A stretch of DNA of 63,275 bases, filler included, from Stramenopiles sp. TOSAG23-6 (lineage: Eukaryota), in assembly GCA_900128565.1 (NCBI GenBank). It is 7 parts of 7 records of this genome, joined end to end, with 100 filler letters (N's around TTAATTAATTAA, not from the genome) between each part and the next. Parts side by side here need not be neighbours in the genome. Positions count along the whole stretch, not along the records: positions 36,300 to 48,242 come from LT636228.1; positions 48,343 to 60,267 come from LT636229.1; 5 more parts are not named here. The stretch is one strand, 5' to 3'. Under the pieces are notes generated by a model, which saw only the letters and a program-made list of their open reading frames with translations, did not search any database and was not told the DNA's origin. How positions within the stretch are numbered: position 1 is the first letter of the stretch; each line of letters starts with the position of its first letter. Below, in pieces: positions 46,061 to 59,725 of the stretch. Both the position numbers and the translations under genes were made by a program.

Positions 46061-48182
46061 CTACTTCCATCGTGGTTTTACCCCTACTATATTTGGTGGC
46101 CTCCAAGATTGAATAATTGATGTATCATTTGATGAACTTTGACTACGCCGTACATGAGCATTATCTATCATATTTGTTTCATCCATCAATGAAATTTGCC
46201 ACCAACCACCATATAAGTCATGTTTCCTTGCTACATGTATAGATGCAGAGTCAATACCATCATACTGGGATTTTTTTCTTGTATTTCTATATAAATTTAA
46301 TAAACCTCGCGCCTGCATTAGTTGCTTGACACAAACAATTACGAGTGCTCGCAATGTAGCTCGTCTTCGAATAGATATTTCAAGAGAATGTTGTATTTCA
46401 ATTATAAAATCATTCTCATTTCGTAGAGTATCATTAGAATGTACATCAAAAGAATCTACTTTTTGAGATCTCCAAACTTCTGTTTTTGATTCAATTTGAG
46501 CTAGGTTTCTGGGAGATATATATTTAGATCCACATGAAATGATCCATTTACGAAATGCAGATCCTAATTTTTCCGTATATGTGAGTATTATTAACTTCCG
46601 TGCAATATTTTGTAATCTTGCCAGTTCCGTAACTTCCAAATATAACTTTTGAAATGCTCCACTGAGCTTTTTATGACAAGCGTATCTTATCCACTTCATT
46701 GCCTTAAGTTCTACCAGATTTACGCGAATTGTGATAGAACGCCATCGAGAAAATGAATAATGTTTTCGCGAATGTTGCATACGTCTTACACACCTTTTTG
46801 AAAGTTCCCGGGCACGTAGTAGAGTTTTCGTTGATCTTTGCCAAGTACGAAATGCATATAGTAATTGTAAGTTACACATTATTCGAACTTTACTAATGAG
46901 ATGCTTTCTTACGTCTGCTTCTCTGAAAGCTACTAGCAACCAGCGCTGAAAAGCTTGACTTTTCAGCCTGTGAATCATTTGACAAAGGCAACGCCGTGTA
47001 AGTATATTTTGTTTATGCTGATGTAAAAGTTCCATGAAAACAGTTTTGCGCCACTGTTGAAAACTTTTGTTTATCTGTTTAGAGAAATATCGTTGCATCA
47101 AAAATTCTAACTTTGTTAAACCATCTTTTTTAATATTCATCATATGTTTTTTAATATATATCATATGAACAGCATTTTTCCATGTTGAGAATGCAGCATA
47201 TACTGTGTTTGCTTGGAATCGTCGAAGAACTGTTCGTTTCACACGAAGTTTTCTATCTTTAATCAATATTGCGTACATATTCATTTCTCGGTCTTCCACG
47301 TATTGTGAAAAAATATTTCAAAAAAAATCAAATTTTTTTTGTTAGGTACAAAATTTACTACGAAAAAAAAACTTCGAAATTGAAAAAAAAAATAAAACGT
47401 ACACTTCTGCTAGCTCCGTTTGAAGTGAAGATTTCATTTTTCTCATATGATAAATAACTGCATTGTGCCATTGATGGAACCAACGACCTAAATATGCATG
47501 GAAAATTCGAAGAATTGTTGCGTGCATCACCTTTGTTGCTAAAGTTGTGCCTCTATCATTTGCCTTTTGTATTGCAGATGTAGCTGAAGAGATATTCACA
47601 TTATGCCGCCATTTCCAGTACGCGTAACATAAGCTATGAGTTCTCCAACGAGTAGACCAGCTATTTAATATTGTGTATACAGATTGCGTTTTTCTTTTTG
47701 ATTCATTTTGTTCAAATTCCACATGAGATCTTGTTAATGAGATAAAGTATGACCATGTGCGCCAAGCTTGAAATAAACGAAAATATTTTCCATTATACGA
47801 TACTGTGTGAAATAGTCGCAATGCATCGCGTTTCTTTTTTTCTACACAAGTTGCTTTATATACTCTTGTTTTCCATTTTTTCCATGATAATTGAAGTGTT
47901 GAATATTTCCATGAAAGAATAGCCCTCTCAAACACTTTTAGTGACGTCACTACATCATTTTCATGTTTTACAACATTTTGTCCTATAGAAAAAGTGACCA
48001 AACGCCAATGATTGAATGCAAGATTCTCACGCCTTTTTAGTAATCGAAGAAGAATACCAACAACAGATTTTGTCTTCCAGGAAACTTCTCTCCTATTTTG
48101 TTCAGATTGTAGAGAAAATTCACGCCAAATTGACCAGGCTCGAGATAATGCAGTATAATTTATATATCGGAGAACTAGTGTC
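46061..48182 (-). CDS. Second Sfi1-like F/W-repeat helical protein (5' partial); intron 47298-47402
   Basis: Repeats such as AAFSTW, KSFQQW, QAFQRW and YAFRTW. Confidence 0.55.
47298..47402 (-). mobile_element. Introner-like intron, GT...GT
   Basis: GAA GT|GTACGT...AATACGT|G GAA. Confidence 0.75.
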
Positions 48183-48242
48183 ATATATTTTGGAAAAATA
48201 TTTCAAAAAAAAATCGTTAGGTACAAAATTTCGTACGAAAAA

Positions 48243-48342
48243 NNNNNNNNNNNNNNNNNNNNNNNNNNNNNNNNNNNNNNNNNNNNTTAATTAATTAANN
48301 NNNNNNNNNNNNNNNNNNNNNNNNNNNNNNNNNNNNNNNNNN
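48243..48342. other. Artificial contig linker
   Basis: N-TTAATTAATTAA-N. Confidence 0.95.
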
Positions 48343-48443
48343 GAAAAATATTTCAAAAAAAAAAAACTAAAATTTGTTAGGTACAAAATTTCGTACGAAA
48401 CAAAAAACGATTTTTTTTTGTAAAAAAAAAAAATAAAACATAC

Positions 48444-51046
48444 ATACACTGCCTTCATTGATACAATTATCACAAGTTTTGTTGCAACCTGTCTTTTGAA
48501 ATTTTTCTTCAAAATGCTTTAAAAGAAGTTGGCGTCGGCAAATGACGTCATTTTCACAATATTGTAACATTTGCTTTAATTGATCCATTTGTCGTCGGAT
48601 TTCACTTGGTTGTGCTGTCTCGCTTTTATTAATTAAAAATTCGTGAAGTTTTTTGTCTCCATAATTATAAAAAAGAATACATTCGGCTTTGCGCCCGTCC
48701 CTCCCTGCTCGTCCAGATTCCTGATAATAGCCTATTATAGATTTTGGCATAGAAAAATGAACTACGTATCTTACATCAGGTTTATTAATACCCATTCCAA
48801 AAGCAATAGTGGCAACAATCACTTTACATCTATCTTTTGACCAACGCTCATATATTTTGGAAAAATATTTCAAAAGAAAAAACTAAAATTTGTTAGGTAA
48901 AAATTTTCAAAAAAAAAAAAAAAAATTAAAAAATTAAAGATACATGTTTCTCTCTTCTAAGTTGTTTGTCTTCTATACCCGCATGATACCATTCTACTGA
49001 ATTTTCAAGTTTTGTACCTTTCAATGCTTCAAGAAGACCTTGTGCAACATCTTCCACCGCTTTCCGAGTTCCTGCGTACACAATACCTGACTCATTTGGA
49101 TATCGCAAACAAATCTTTGCAATTTCTTTTAAGGTTGTTTTTTTCCCTTTTTTGAGAAACACATCATATGTTAAATTCGGTCGATTAAAACTAGTTGAAA
49201 ATTGTCGAGGATTTCGCATACAGAGATTTTTCTTGACATCTTCTTGAACAGCTTTCGTTGCAGTTGCTGTTAAGGCCATTAATGGAACATCTGGAAAAGT
49301 TTGTTTCAGACAGTTTAAACGCATATAGTCTGGTCTATAATCATGACCCCATTGAGAGACACAATGAGCTTCATCAACAACAAACATGCTCAAGAGACCT
49401 CGACTATTCAGTCGCTCAAATTGTTGCATCAAACTACTACTTGCAGCAATTTTTTCAGGTGTTACATACAAAACTTTTAATTCATTACGAGCAACTTGGC
49501 CCCAGATTCGACTTGACTCCTCAAACTCCATTGCACTATTTAGCGTGTTTGCTGCAATGTCATTTTGTTGTAGATCCATCACCTGATCCTGCATCAATGC
49601 AAGCAAAGGAGATATTACTATGGTCAAACCTGGGAGTAAAACAGCTGGCAACTGGTAGCATAGACTCTTTCCTCCACCAGTTGGCATTAATACAAAAAGA
49701 TCGTGTCCTTCTAGTGCTAATTTTACTACTTTTTCTTGTACTAAACGAAAGCGATCATGACCAAATTTGTTTTTCAATTCACGTCGAATTTCAATATCAC
49801 TATAACTTTTTCTATTACTCATGCTACTTCTAGAAATTTCATAATTGTTGTTGTAGTCATTATTTGTATTATTGTATTGATTTCCATTCTGATAGTTATT
49901 GTTGTAGTCATTATTTGTATTATTGTATTGATTACAAGAAGAGTTGCTACAATCGCTTATATTCCGACTCAGATCAATCACATCATCACATTTTTTCATA
50001 TTCGTATTATTATTTTGATTAAAACTATTTTCATCATCAAAACTATTTATACGATCGAGCCTAGTTGAGTGATTACAGTTAGACATTTTAGAATCCGTAT
50101 CATTCTTATTGTTTGTCATGTTTTTTTTATATGTTTTTTTACAATCCGTATCATTAGGGTTAGGGTTATTGTTTGTCATGTTTTTTTTATATGTTTTTCT
50201 CTCTTTTTTAAGTAGACTTCTTCGTTCTGTGAGATTTTTAATACGAACATGCAGCATTTTTCCACGTTTTGTTTCTTGTTCTTCGAAAGTCATTTCATCC
50301 CATGTATCTTCCGCGTCAAGTAAGTTTCCAGATACTTGATCGTATGTATTTTAGAAAAATATTTGAGAAAAAAATTTGAAAAATTTGTTAGGTACAAAAT
50401 TTCGTATGAAAAAAAAATTCGAGTTTTTTTTTCCGAAAAAAAAAATAAAACATATACTCTCGTTGTATGTCTTGAAATGACTTTCCAGGTAACCCTAACC
50501 CTACATTTATTGTGCCTACTGTTGTTTCTAGTTGCATTGAAGAATTTGGATTCATAGTATTATCTCTATTTTGATTGAAATTGTTACATTGGTTGTTTTG
50601 ACTTTTAGTAGTAGTTTTTGATAAAGCAAACTCTTTGTATGCGCATTCTGGAATATGTATTTTGGAAAAATATATTTGTATTATTTTTGTAGAAAAAAAA
50701 TCGTTAGGTACAAAATTTACTATGAAAAAAAATTTGAAATTTGAAAAAAATAAAACATACATCCTCCTCAATAGTCATTTGTGGGATATTTTCCGATTTC
50801 TGAGACAACTGCTTTTCTTTATATGTTGCGGCCTCTACTTTGTCCATTTCCTCCATAATATCTCCGTAATCTTCATCATAATCAGAAAACAAATCATCTT
50901 CGTCTTCTTCCACATTATGAATTGTTGGTTTTTTATCATTTGTTTTGTTTAAAGAATATCCAATCGTAGTAGTAAGTTGTGTAGGTTTCGTGTTATTGAA
51001 TTGTTGTGTAGGTTTCGTGTTATTGAATTGTAGAGATACCTTTTTC

Positions 51047-51078
<32 letters not shown>

Positions 51079-51597
51079 AGTAGTGTTACACATCTTTCCA
51101 ATGTCCTGTTTCATATTATTATAATTATCATTGTTATTAATATGTGTCTTTGTATTGATTTGCATTGGTTCACTTTTCATATTATTATTATTATTATTAT
51201 TATTANTATTATTATTATTATTATTATTACTATTATAGCCAGTAGGTCGATTGAAATTATCTGGTTTAGTAGAGTTATGCGAGCCAAGTTTATAGGGTAC
51301 TATATTTCCAGGCAATTTCGGTGGACCCAACCAACCAGATTGTAACGGAACAGTTTTGTGAGTTTCTGATATTGACGTGCCTGCGAAACGTTTTAGCGAA
51401 TTCAACCATCCCGAAGACCGACGAAGATCCTCATCATTTGGTTTACCTCGAAAATTTGGATCATTTGAAGACAACGATTTCCGCTTATGTATTGCAACTC
51501 GATAATATCGTCCACCTCTATTCGTAACCTCACCGTGTTGATTTCTCCAATGTACATGTTCTGCAAGGTTGTTTTTCATTTTTCGATTTCCTGCCAT
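48444..51597 (-). CDS. RecQ-family DNA helicase (BLM/RecQ4A-like), 3' partial; introns 50655-50760, 50344-50455, 48850-48943
   Basis: [59 protein letters not shown] and RQC cysteines. Confidence 0.92.
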
Positions 51598-52011
51598 TAT
51601 AGCGTGACTTGTATTCGACTGCAGCTACAGCAGCTAAATTATATAGTTCCAGTTCTCAAATGCGATGACAACGAATACGTGACCTATTCAATATCTAAAA
51701 GTTCTTTATTTATTACCTGAATGTGGTAGGAGCAGAGGGAGAGAAAACGATAGATTTACTTGAAGGAAGAGTCTGGAATTGGAGAATATAGTACACATGT
51801 GTGCATTGCCATTGTGCGTTGCGCGAACATCAAATTCCAAATTTTCCCCAATCAAAAATATTGACACGACGACACAAACCTGCCTGAGACATGAATTTTA
51901 GAAGAAATTTCTGTCAAGACCGAGTAGACACAGACTGTTGACTTGCTCAAGATACTACCTTCTAACTTTGTACGTCAGGTCATAATATATCTATTCCTCA
52001 TAGAGAGGACA

Positions 52012-54382
52012 ATGAATACCCAAGATGGTCTATATCCAAATGCAGGATACCCACGATCATTTCCTCAACATCGGGAAGATAGTGAAACACTAATATCTTC
52101 CCCGCCTGGCGTATTTTTCTATAGTAATCAATATTCACCGAACTCAAAAGACTCTTCTTGGTTTGAGTTTGAGGAGACCCGCCGTTTGAAAGTGTCAAAA
52201 TCAGAGTGGGAACATAGAATGAGAACATGTGGTTCGATGAAAACACATGAAACAGACTTGAATAATTCTGACTGGAGTATGGATTTGCGGAAGACTATTT
52301 TAGATTACTTAACGGTACGTGGTTGGGGTAAAGCAGCTGCAGCATTTTATAGAGAATCTGCCTTCGAGGAGGTCAAAGCAGTGAATAATTTTGAAACGTC
52401 TATTGTAGAAAATTCACCGGGGGTAATACGCAGGCGAATAAAGTATGCAATTGAATCTGGAAAGGTGCTACATGCAATAGAAGAAATCTCAGAATATTTT
52501 CCTAATGTTTTGACAGATTGTAAGTTATCATTTTTATTGCACAACCAGCAACTTATAGAACTAGTTCGTGAAGGCAATGTTAAAGATGCTCTAAAATATG
52601 CTAGTGAGCATCAACCGGAACTTGGTTTAAGGACATTAGACAATAACTCTATAGAAATAAGTGATAGAAAAAATGGGGAGGATAAAGTTGTAAGTGCTGA
52701 GTCATATGATAATAATTGTAGTAAGAAATTTTCTAAAAGTGAAAATGAAAGTAAAGATAGTACTATAATTGCAACAGAAAACTTTGATGGAATTAATAGT
52801 GAAAATAAACAGCAATTAAATGGAGCAAATACAAAAAATCAACAGAATGGACATATATCAAATAAAACAAATAAAACAAATGAAACAAATGAAACAAATG
52901 AAACAAATGAAATAAAAGAGAGAAAACAGTCATCCAAAGAAATAAAAGAGAGAAAACAGTTATCCAAAGAAGTTCAAGAATCAACACGAAATCCTGAGTT
53001 TCTAACAATGCTCAATGAAACAATGGGACTTATTGCATTTCGAGATCCTACAAAATCTCCTTCTCACAAGTTATTAGAGCAGTCTCAAAGAAATGTTGTT
53101 TCAAATGCATTCGACTTTGCAATGAGACAATATATCCCGGGTACCTTTCCATCATGAATTTTAGATATAGTTTTTCGTATNTTTTTTTTTTTTCTAACGA
53201 TTTTTTTTTGAAATATTTTTTCACAATATTGGGACTCCTCGAATAGAACATCTACTGAGACAAATTGGCTGGTGGCAAATTGAACTTGCAAAGTCTCACG
53301 AATGTCCTAAAGTTGAGATGACAAAAACTGGATTGACAACAGTGAACTTAATATCAAAGTTGCCAAATAGAGCATCTATGCCAAGTGTACTTCCAACTCC
53401 TCATCAAAGGAATGGGTTTTTCAATCAACAGGTGACCCCAGATTTTAACTCGCGTATTCGAAATCGCATTTTTCGTAATCATTCAAGAAGAACAAACACG
53501 AGTTCAACACAAACAACAAATGTAAGACAAAACACAAATCGTTATAGAGTGGAATCTTCAGTCAATTTATTACGATCTATGAGACGTAGACGTAGTCCTT
53601 TCATTAGCAGGAACCCACGTCATAGTAGTAGTCCAAATGATATTGAAAGCACTAGTCAGCCGGTCCGTCTTCAATTAGAATCGCGAGAAGGGCACAGATA
53701 TTTAATAAGCACCGGAACAAATACAATTCGCGGAAATGATAGTACAAATAGCGACGATTATGATGCATATTCATCATCAAATTATGAAAGNTCTGGATAT
53801 AGCTCTCCAAGTAATAGAATGCGTCATCGATTTTATCAAAATACCAATAATAATAATGAAGTAAGCCCTTTCAATAGGTCTTCACTCTCTCATGCCCAAA
53901 CAACATCTAATTTGTTTGAACCCAATGATTTAGAACCAAATATGAATCTTGGAAGAATCAGTTCTCAGAATGAGGTCGTTGGTGATAATACTAATACTAA
54001 TACTAATACTAATAATGAAATCATTAATCAGCAGGTTAGTAGGAATGATAGTGGTTTGGATAATTGGGGCAGATATAATATTGAATCTCACCGGACAAGG
54101 CGACAAAGATCGTTTGGTAGAACTCGGTCTGCGCAACAAGTAATCAATCCATTTTCCAATTCTAGTAGGAATGCTTTTGCATACGAAACTGTTGATACAT
54201 CTTTGCAAACTCTTCGAGCACCACAATATGCTGCTCGAGCTGGAGCACGAATCTGGGCACGAGCGCACCAGGGACATCAAGGCGTTGCGAGTGACTATGA
54301 AAATGTGGTAAATAGTGATTTATTTTCCAATCAAACTCACGAAATAGCAAATAATGAGCTCGAGGTTGACGATCAAAATTAG
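52012..54382 (+). CDS. LisH/CTLH/CRA-domain protein (GID8-like); intron 53141-53231
   Basis: ILDYLTVRGWGKAAAAFYRES, RRRIKYAIESG, FLLHNQQLIELVREG, MGLIAF and PRIEHLLRQ. Confidence 0.75.
53141..53231 (+). mobile_element. Introner-like intron, GT...TG
   Basis: CCG G|GTACCT...CACAATATTG|GG ACT CCT CGA; frame restored at the consensus end position. Confidence 0.65.
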
Positions 54383-54749
54383 GAGAGAAGAGTAAGAAGT
54401 ATCTACGAAATATATTATATAAAGAAGTAGTCATTCATTGAAATGTTTGTTTTTATGCAAAATAGATTTTTTGTCTGTGTCCTTGTTCAATAAGAAAGTA
54501 ATATCTAACCGTTCCGGTCGTTCCTATAGTACGGTAGGGTAACTAGTAGGGTCCTAATGGTATTCTTACGTTAATTACGGTACCTTACCGGTTACCGGTA
54601 CGGTAGACACTTATGGCCCAAAGGGTCGTCTACCTACGTATAGCTACATTACGTACTATCATCAATGCATAACTTCAACATTAAGAGACTATTCCATGAT
54701 AACATAAGCCATGTCGATTCGAAGTTCGAGGATAGAAGCATGAAGTGAT

Positions 54750-55595
54750 ATGAAGCCTAGAAATAGCGACAAGAAGTCCTTGCTAAAGTCACTATTAAGC
54801 ATTCCAGTATCATCTTGTACTTTATCTACGGAACAGATTAAAAAAGGAAGTAAGGTGTTTGGGGAAATGACAAGAGTCACTTCTTGGCTATATTTGGGGT
54901 CCCGATTTAATGCTGCTGACAAGGATGCACTTTTAAAGGCAAATATCACACATATCATTAACCTTAGCAAAGCTGTGCCCAACTTTTTCGCTACTGAAGG
55001 TAACCGACAACACTCTAACCTAGTCGTTCAGTACAACAATAATTTTTGTGTTGAGGACTCAGCAGCTGTGGATATTTCTAATGAAATGAAGCAATTTTGT
55101 CTTTATTTAGAAAATATCCGTAAAGAAAAAGCGTTGGGTATCACAGAAAAATGTAGCACTAGTAAAAAGCACGAAAAAGAATATAGCAGTACTTTTGGAA
55201 GTCTGAACAATCATGACCAGAAAAGTAGACAGAAACACTTTATAGGATCCGTATTAGTACATTGTAAGTGTGGAGTATCTCGAGCACCAACATTTGTGGT
55301 AGCATACTTGATGAAATTTGCCGCGGAGGCTTTCAATCATGAATCTTTGGTTTCTACTTCACCAGATTTTTTTGAAAAGCTCTCACACGCTACCTCTGCT
55401 TTAGAGTGGCTCAGTAGCATAAGACCTTGTATTAATCCTAATGTAGGTTTTAGAGGTCATTTGCATATTTGGGAAAATGCCCCCATACCGACCAACAAAA
55501 CAGCTGTGGTTGGCAAGCAATTACTGATTAAAAAATCCCAGAAAAGGAATAAAGATAGAGAAATAGTGAGAATAAAAATTTGTAGTATACAATAA
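54750..55595 (+). CDS. Dual-specificity protein phosphatase
   Basis: WLYLGS, ITHIIN, VLVHCKCGVSRAPTFVVAYLM and RPCINPNVGF. Confidence 0.9.
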   Translation: MKPRNSDKKSLLKSLLSIPVSSCTLSTEQIKKGSKVFGEMTRVTSWLYLGSRFNAADKDALLKANITHIINLSKAVPNFFATEGNRQHSNLVVQYNNNFCVEDSAAVDISNEMKQFCLYLENIRKEKALGITEKCSTSKKHEKEYSSTFGSLNNHDQKSRQKHFIGSVLVHCKCGVSRAPTFVVAYLMKFAAEAFNHESLVSTSPDFFEKLSHATSALEWLSSIRPCINPNVGFRGHLHIWENAPIPTNKTAVVGKQLLIKKSQKRNKDREIVRIKICSIQ

Positions 55596-55756
55596 ATGCT
55601 TTCCAATAAGAAAATGTTATGAATTTAAAATCACACGAAAATAAATTTGCATTTTACTTTAAATACGAGAAGGTCATTACCACAAGTTCCCGATGTTTCA
55701 GTATATGCACCAAATGCTATGACACCAGTAAAGTACAAAAGTTTACTAGGATGTGG

Positions 55757-57568
55757 TTATCGTCTGCCCATCATTCCCCCCATGTTGTTATTGAACTGTT
55801 GTTGTTGTCCACCACCCATGTTATTAAAACCCATTTGTTGTCCACCACCCATGTTATTAAAACCCATGTTGTTATTGAACTGTTGTTGCCCACTGCCAAA
55901 ATTACTATTATTTCCAGACATCATGGCAAAATTCTGGTTCATGTTCATTCCAGAATTCATCATGGCAAAATTCTGATTCGGAGACATTCCAGTCGTAGAG
56001 TTCATCATTCCTCTCGGGGATCCAAGACTTGAAAACGCATTTGCAGAAGCATTGGAGCTGATAGGAGAAGGACCCATAGCTGGAAGTTGCCCAGTTCTTA
56101 TTGGCCTTGGAACCCGAGAAGCATTGTTTATCGGATTTTTGCCAGATGAATTAGTCCGACTCGCACCTCCCCCCCATCGATTTTTCAGTAGTGGAGGTTC
56201 CTTCTTCGGCGGAGTGTCGAGAGTAAGAGAACCGAGATTCACAAGTGAATCCCCTACATCGTCAAAAATTGTTGGTTTGTTATTGTGGGGAAATGCTGGG
56301 GGCATAGTTATAGGTTGATCATTGGATGTACCAGTAGAACGATCTGTATTACCTGATATCATTTGACCAAACATATCAGAATTAGAAGTAGACTGGGAAT
56401 TTCCAAATACACCACCTGAGGAAAAGGCATCAAAATCACCTCCATGGTTGCTGTTGGCTGCGTTATTAAATACATTGCTTCCACCAGAAATAAGATCTCC
56501 AAAACCATCATCAATATTTGAAGATTGAGGAGCGCCACCTGAGACAAGATCACCAAAGCCGTCATCATCAACTTCGGCACCTACAGCATTGTCACTTTTC
56601 ACAAAGCTACCAAAAGCCACATCATCTTCTTTGCTATTTTTACTTTGTTTCTTTTTTCTACTATTCTTTTTTACGCCGTTAATTTTGACCTTTATCTTGG
56701 AGTTTCCATCTAATTTTCCAATTTGAGATTTACTTTTCTTCTTCTTCTCCGATCTCTTTTTGGAAAAAACGTCTTCTTCTTCGTCGGTAGAAGATGTTCT
56801 GTTTTTATTATTATTACTAGACGAACTTTCCGTCTCCGTATCGGAAGAAGAATCGGATGACGATGATGAATCAGTGGATGATACAACACTCTTTTTTTTC
56901 TTTCTAGATTTATTCGTTCTCCGGCCACCACCAGCACCATGGCGATAATTATCACTATACTTGTTACGGTTTCTTTCGTATTTATCAGAACTAAAACCAC
57001 TATTACGCCCATTATTGTATCTGTTATCAGAACCTATACCTGAATATTTATTGCGATTCTTTTTCGCCTTTTCACGTTCTTCCTTAAGAAGTGTTTTATT
57101 AGACAAAAGAGCCACTACTTGCTTCGCTTTTTCGCGCACTCCGTTGCCCCTCTCTTGCAACCCAACTTTAAAGCGAAATTTAGTCAAATTACGAATTTCA
57201 TAAATATGATCTCGTGCTTCATCAACAGCTCGTTTAGATCCATATTTTGTCACGGTATCCAATAATGTAAGACCTTTAAATATACGGAGCCACGACCTAG
57301 ATGGAAGTCCAAGAGTTTCCCAGATTGCTTTCATCACTGTTTCGTTTTCATTATAGCTAAAGGTTGAAGCCGCGATTTTTTGCAAAATAGTATTGGAAGC
57401 ACCCCAATTTTCACTAGATAAAGCCTCATCTAACATCTTTTCAAGCTCAGTTTTGTTTTTCAAGGCTCCCTTGACTTCTTTTAACGCGTCAGCCGCTGCT
57501 GAACTCGCCCATCTTCCTGCCTGTTGTGCACCTTGAGCAGCCAAGTCAGCAAAGGAAGCTAAAGACAT
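55757..57568 (-). CDS. ENTH-domain epsin-related clathrin adaptor
   Basis: EALSSENWGAS, WLRIFKGLTLL, GNGVREKAK, LKEEREKAKKNRNKYSG; DDGFGD motifs; Met/Gly-rich tail. Confidence 0.88.
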   Translation of the reverse strand: MSLASFADLAAQGAQQAGRWASSAAADALKEVKGALKNKTELEKMLDEALSSENWGASNTILQKIAASTFSYNENETVMKAIWETLGLPSRSWLRIFKGLTLLDTVTKYGSKRAVDEARDHIYEIRNLTKFRFKVGLQERGNGVREKAKQVVALLSNKTLLKEEREKAKKNRNKYSGIGSDNRYNNGRNSGFSSDKYERNRNKYSDNYRHGAGGGRRTNKSRKKKKSVVSSTDSSSSSDSSSDTETESSSSNNNKNRTSSTDEEEDVFSKKRSEKKKKSKSQIGKLDGNSKIKVKINGVKKNSRKKKQSKNSKEDDVAFGSFVKSDNAVGAEVDDDGFGDLVSGGAPQSSNIDDGFGDLISGGSNVFNNAANSNHGGDFDAFSSGGVFGNSQSTSNSDMFGQMISGNTDRSTGTSNDQPITMPPAFPHNNKPTIFDDVGDSLVNLGSLTLDTPPKKEPPLLKNRWGGGASRTNSSGKNPINNASRVPRPIRTGQLPAMGPSPISSNASANAFSSLGSPRGMMNSTTGMSPNQNFAMMNSGMNMNQNFAMMSGNNSNFGSGQQQFNNNMGFNNMGGGQQMGFNNMGGGQQQQFNNNMGGMMGRR

Positions 57569-57919
57569 CTTCGATAAATAATGACCTTTACCTGTAGCTT
57601 ACTTTAACGATATCACAAATTACCTTAATCAATTATTTGAGAATGTAGAATATGACCTTCCTGGTTTCCTCAAATCCTTTTATTGATATTATATCAATTC
57701 GATGATATCAATATATGATAGAATTCAAGCAAGAGATCAGATCCTCTGAGTGGAAAATTTGGAACCATTGGTTGGACTCATTCAGCAGGTATGTGCCAAA
57801 AATGAAGAAGTTTCTGTACGTTTTTTTTTCTCTCCTGTCGTCGTATTTTCAAAATTTCGAAAAAATCCTCATACTTGAACAGTATTTATATAAATATTTA
57901 ACGTCGCCTTTTCATCAAA

Positions 57920-59323
57920 ATGGTAGGTGTACGATTGGCGGGCCTGATACTAATAGTTAATCTCATATTATCGATGGCAAGAAGACATCTTAGAAAAGAT
58001 AAAAGAGTGAAGAACAAACCCGTTGACCTTTTAGTTCAAAAATATCACGACGTTCAGCAGTCGGCAGATACTGCCAAGAAAGCCGCAGAAGGAGAATCAG
58101 TAAACGCAGGAGACGTATCTATCAATTTGTTCAAAGACAAAATTAAAAGATCTGGTGATAATGAAAGTTCAAATTTACTGCGTTTTGCACGCACTGGAGC
58201 CCAAGTATATCCAACTATGGCAGGGGGGAACGCAAAAAATATCTATTCTCTGGGGAGTTCTTATGGACGAGGTCCGCTGGATTCGAATTCGGCGGGGTAT
58301 GGTTCTTTCTACAACCATAGATATGGACCAATTGGTGGCCCTCCATTGTAATTATCAATCCAATCACATACTTTGTGTTTATCCATTCATTTGACTATTT
58401 TATTTTCATAACCTGTCTCTTTTCATTTGTGCTTTAATATTGGGTTTCTCTCTCACAATTCACAATTGTTTGTCTACATTCACACAAAAAAGACCTGGAG
58501 GAGCTCGTGGTGGATTTCCAGTTTGGGTAGATCCTAGAGGCTTTGCAATGGATTACAATACAACACGAGGTACACAAGATTTTATGGGTCTGAACGGTGA
58601 TGTTCACGGAAACGTCGGAGGAATGGGTGGTATGGGAATGATGGGAGGAATGGGTGGAATGGCAGGAATGGGTTTGGGAATGGGTCTCCTTGGCTATGGC
58701 ACTCAGATGTTACCAGGAAAAGCTTTCCCATCAAGGACGACTGGGTTCAACTTGGCTATGAGCGGCCCTCTAGGAATGCCACCGTTTACCGGGAGACCAG
58801 TAAAAGCTTTGGGTCCTTTTGGTCCTTTTACAGAAGAAAGTGAGGAAGAAAGAGTTGGTAAATCCCAAACAGTTTTTATGGGTCCTTTACCGTTCGGTCC
58901 ATATGGTGGAAATCCAGTGGCACCAATGGGTATGGGTATGGGTATGAATGGTATGGGTATGGGCATGAATGGTATGATGAATGGTATGGGTGTTGGTGCT
59001 ATGCCAGGACTTACTGGACCTGGTATTTCACCTAGTGTTAATCCATATACTGCGTTGCACCATGTATGTTTAATGTTTTGAATTTCGAATTTATTTTTTT
59101 TTTCGTACGAAATTTTGTACCTAACAAATTTTACAAAAAAAAAAATTCCACAACACATGCGGTGACACTTGGTCCAGGTTTTGTTCCTCCTGGACTAATT
59201 CCACAAGCTCATTTACAGACTGATTATCCTCACCCGTCATCAGATAGATATGGCACTGTTGTTGAAAAGCCAGTCCCACCACCAAGCACAGGAGGTGAAG
59301 CAAGAAGTGAAGCCGCGGGGTAG
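57920..59323 (+). CDS. Hypothetical secreted Gly/Met/Pro-rich protein; ordinary GT-AG intron 58348-58492 and element intron 59064-59158
   Basis: N-terminal hydrophobic segment; three ORFs join in frame. Confidence 0.6.
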
Positions 59324-59725
59324 ATAATTGATTTTGAGAAAATGTTTACCCCTGTACAAAAATAATAAACTTCATGCAAATTTTGTTATGTATCAGTTGG
59401 AAGTTTGTTAAGCAAATAGATTATTAAGTATATAAAATATGAATTTTTGCAATATAGTATTATGATTATTATCATATTTATACTTTGTCCTCATATTCTG
59501 GACATCGATGAAAAATTTAATAATTACAATAAATTGGAATTTGAATGGATGAAGCAAAAAAAAGTTATTTATCCAAAAATCAAATGCGTCACACATCAAT
59601 CAAATTATCAAAATGAAAAAAAAATAATAGTATATTTTTTTGCTAATTTTATTCCTCCCTTGTGTACTGTTTATATAAACACTATCTTTTGAAAGTAATA
59701 TCGTTGGCGTATAGCGTATTGCTGA

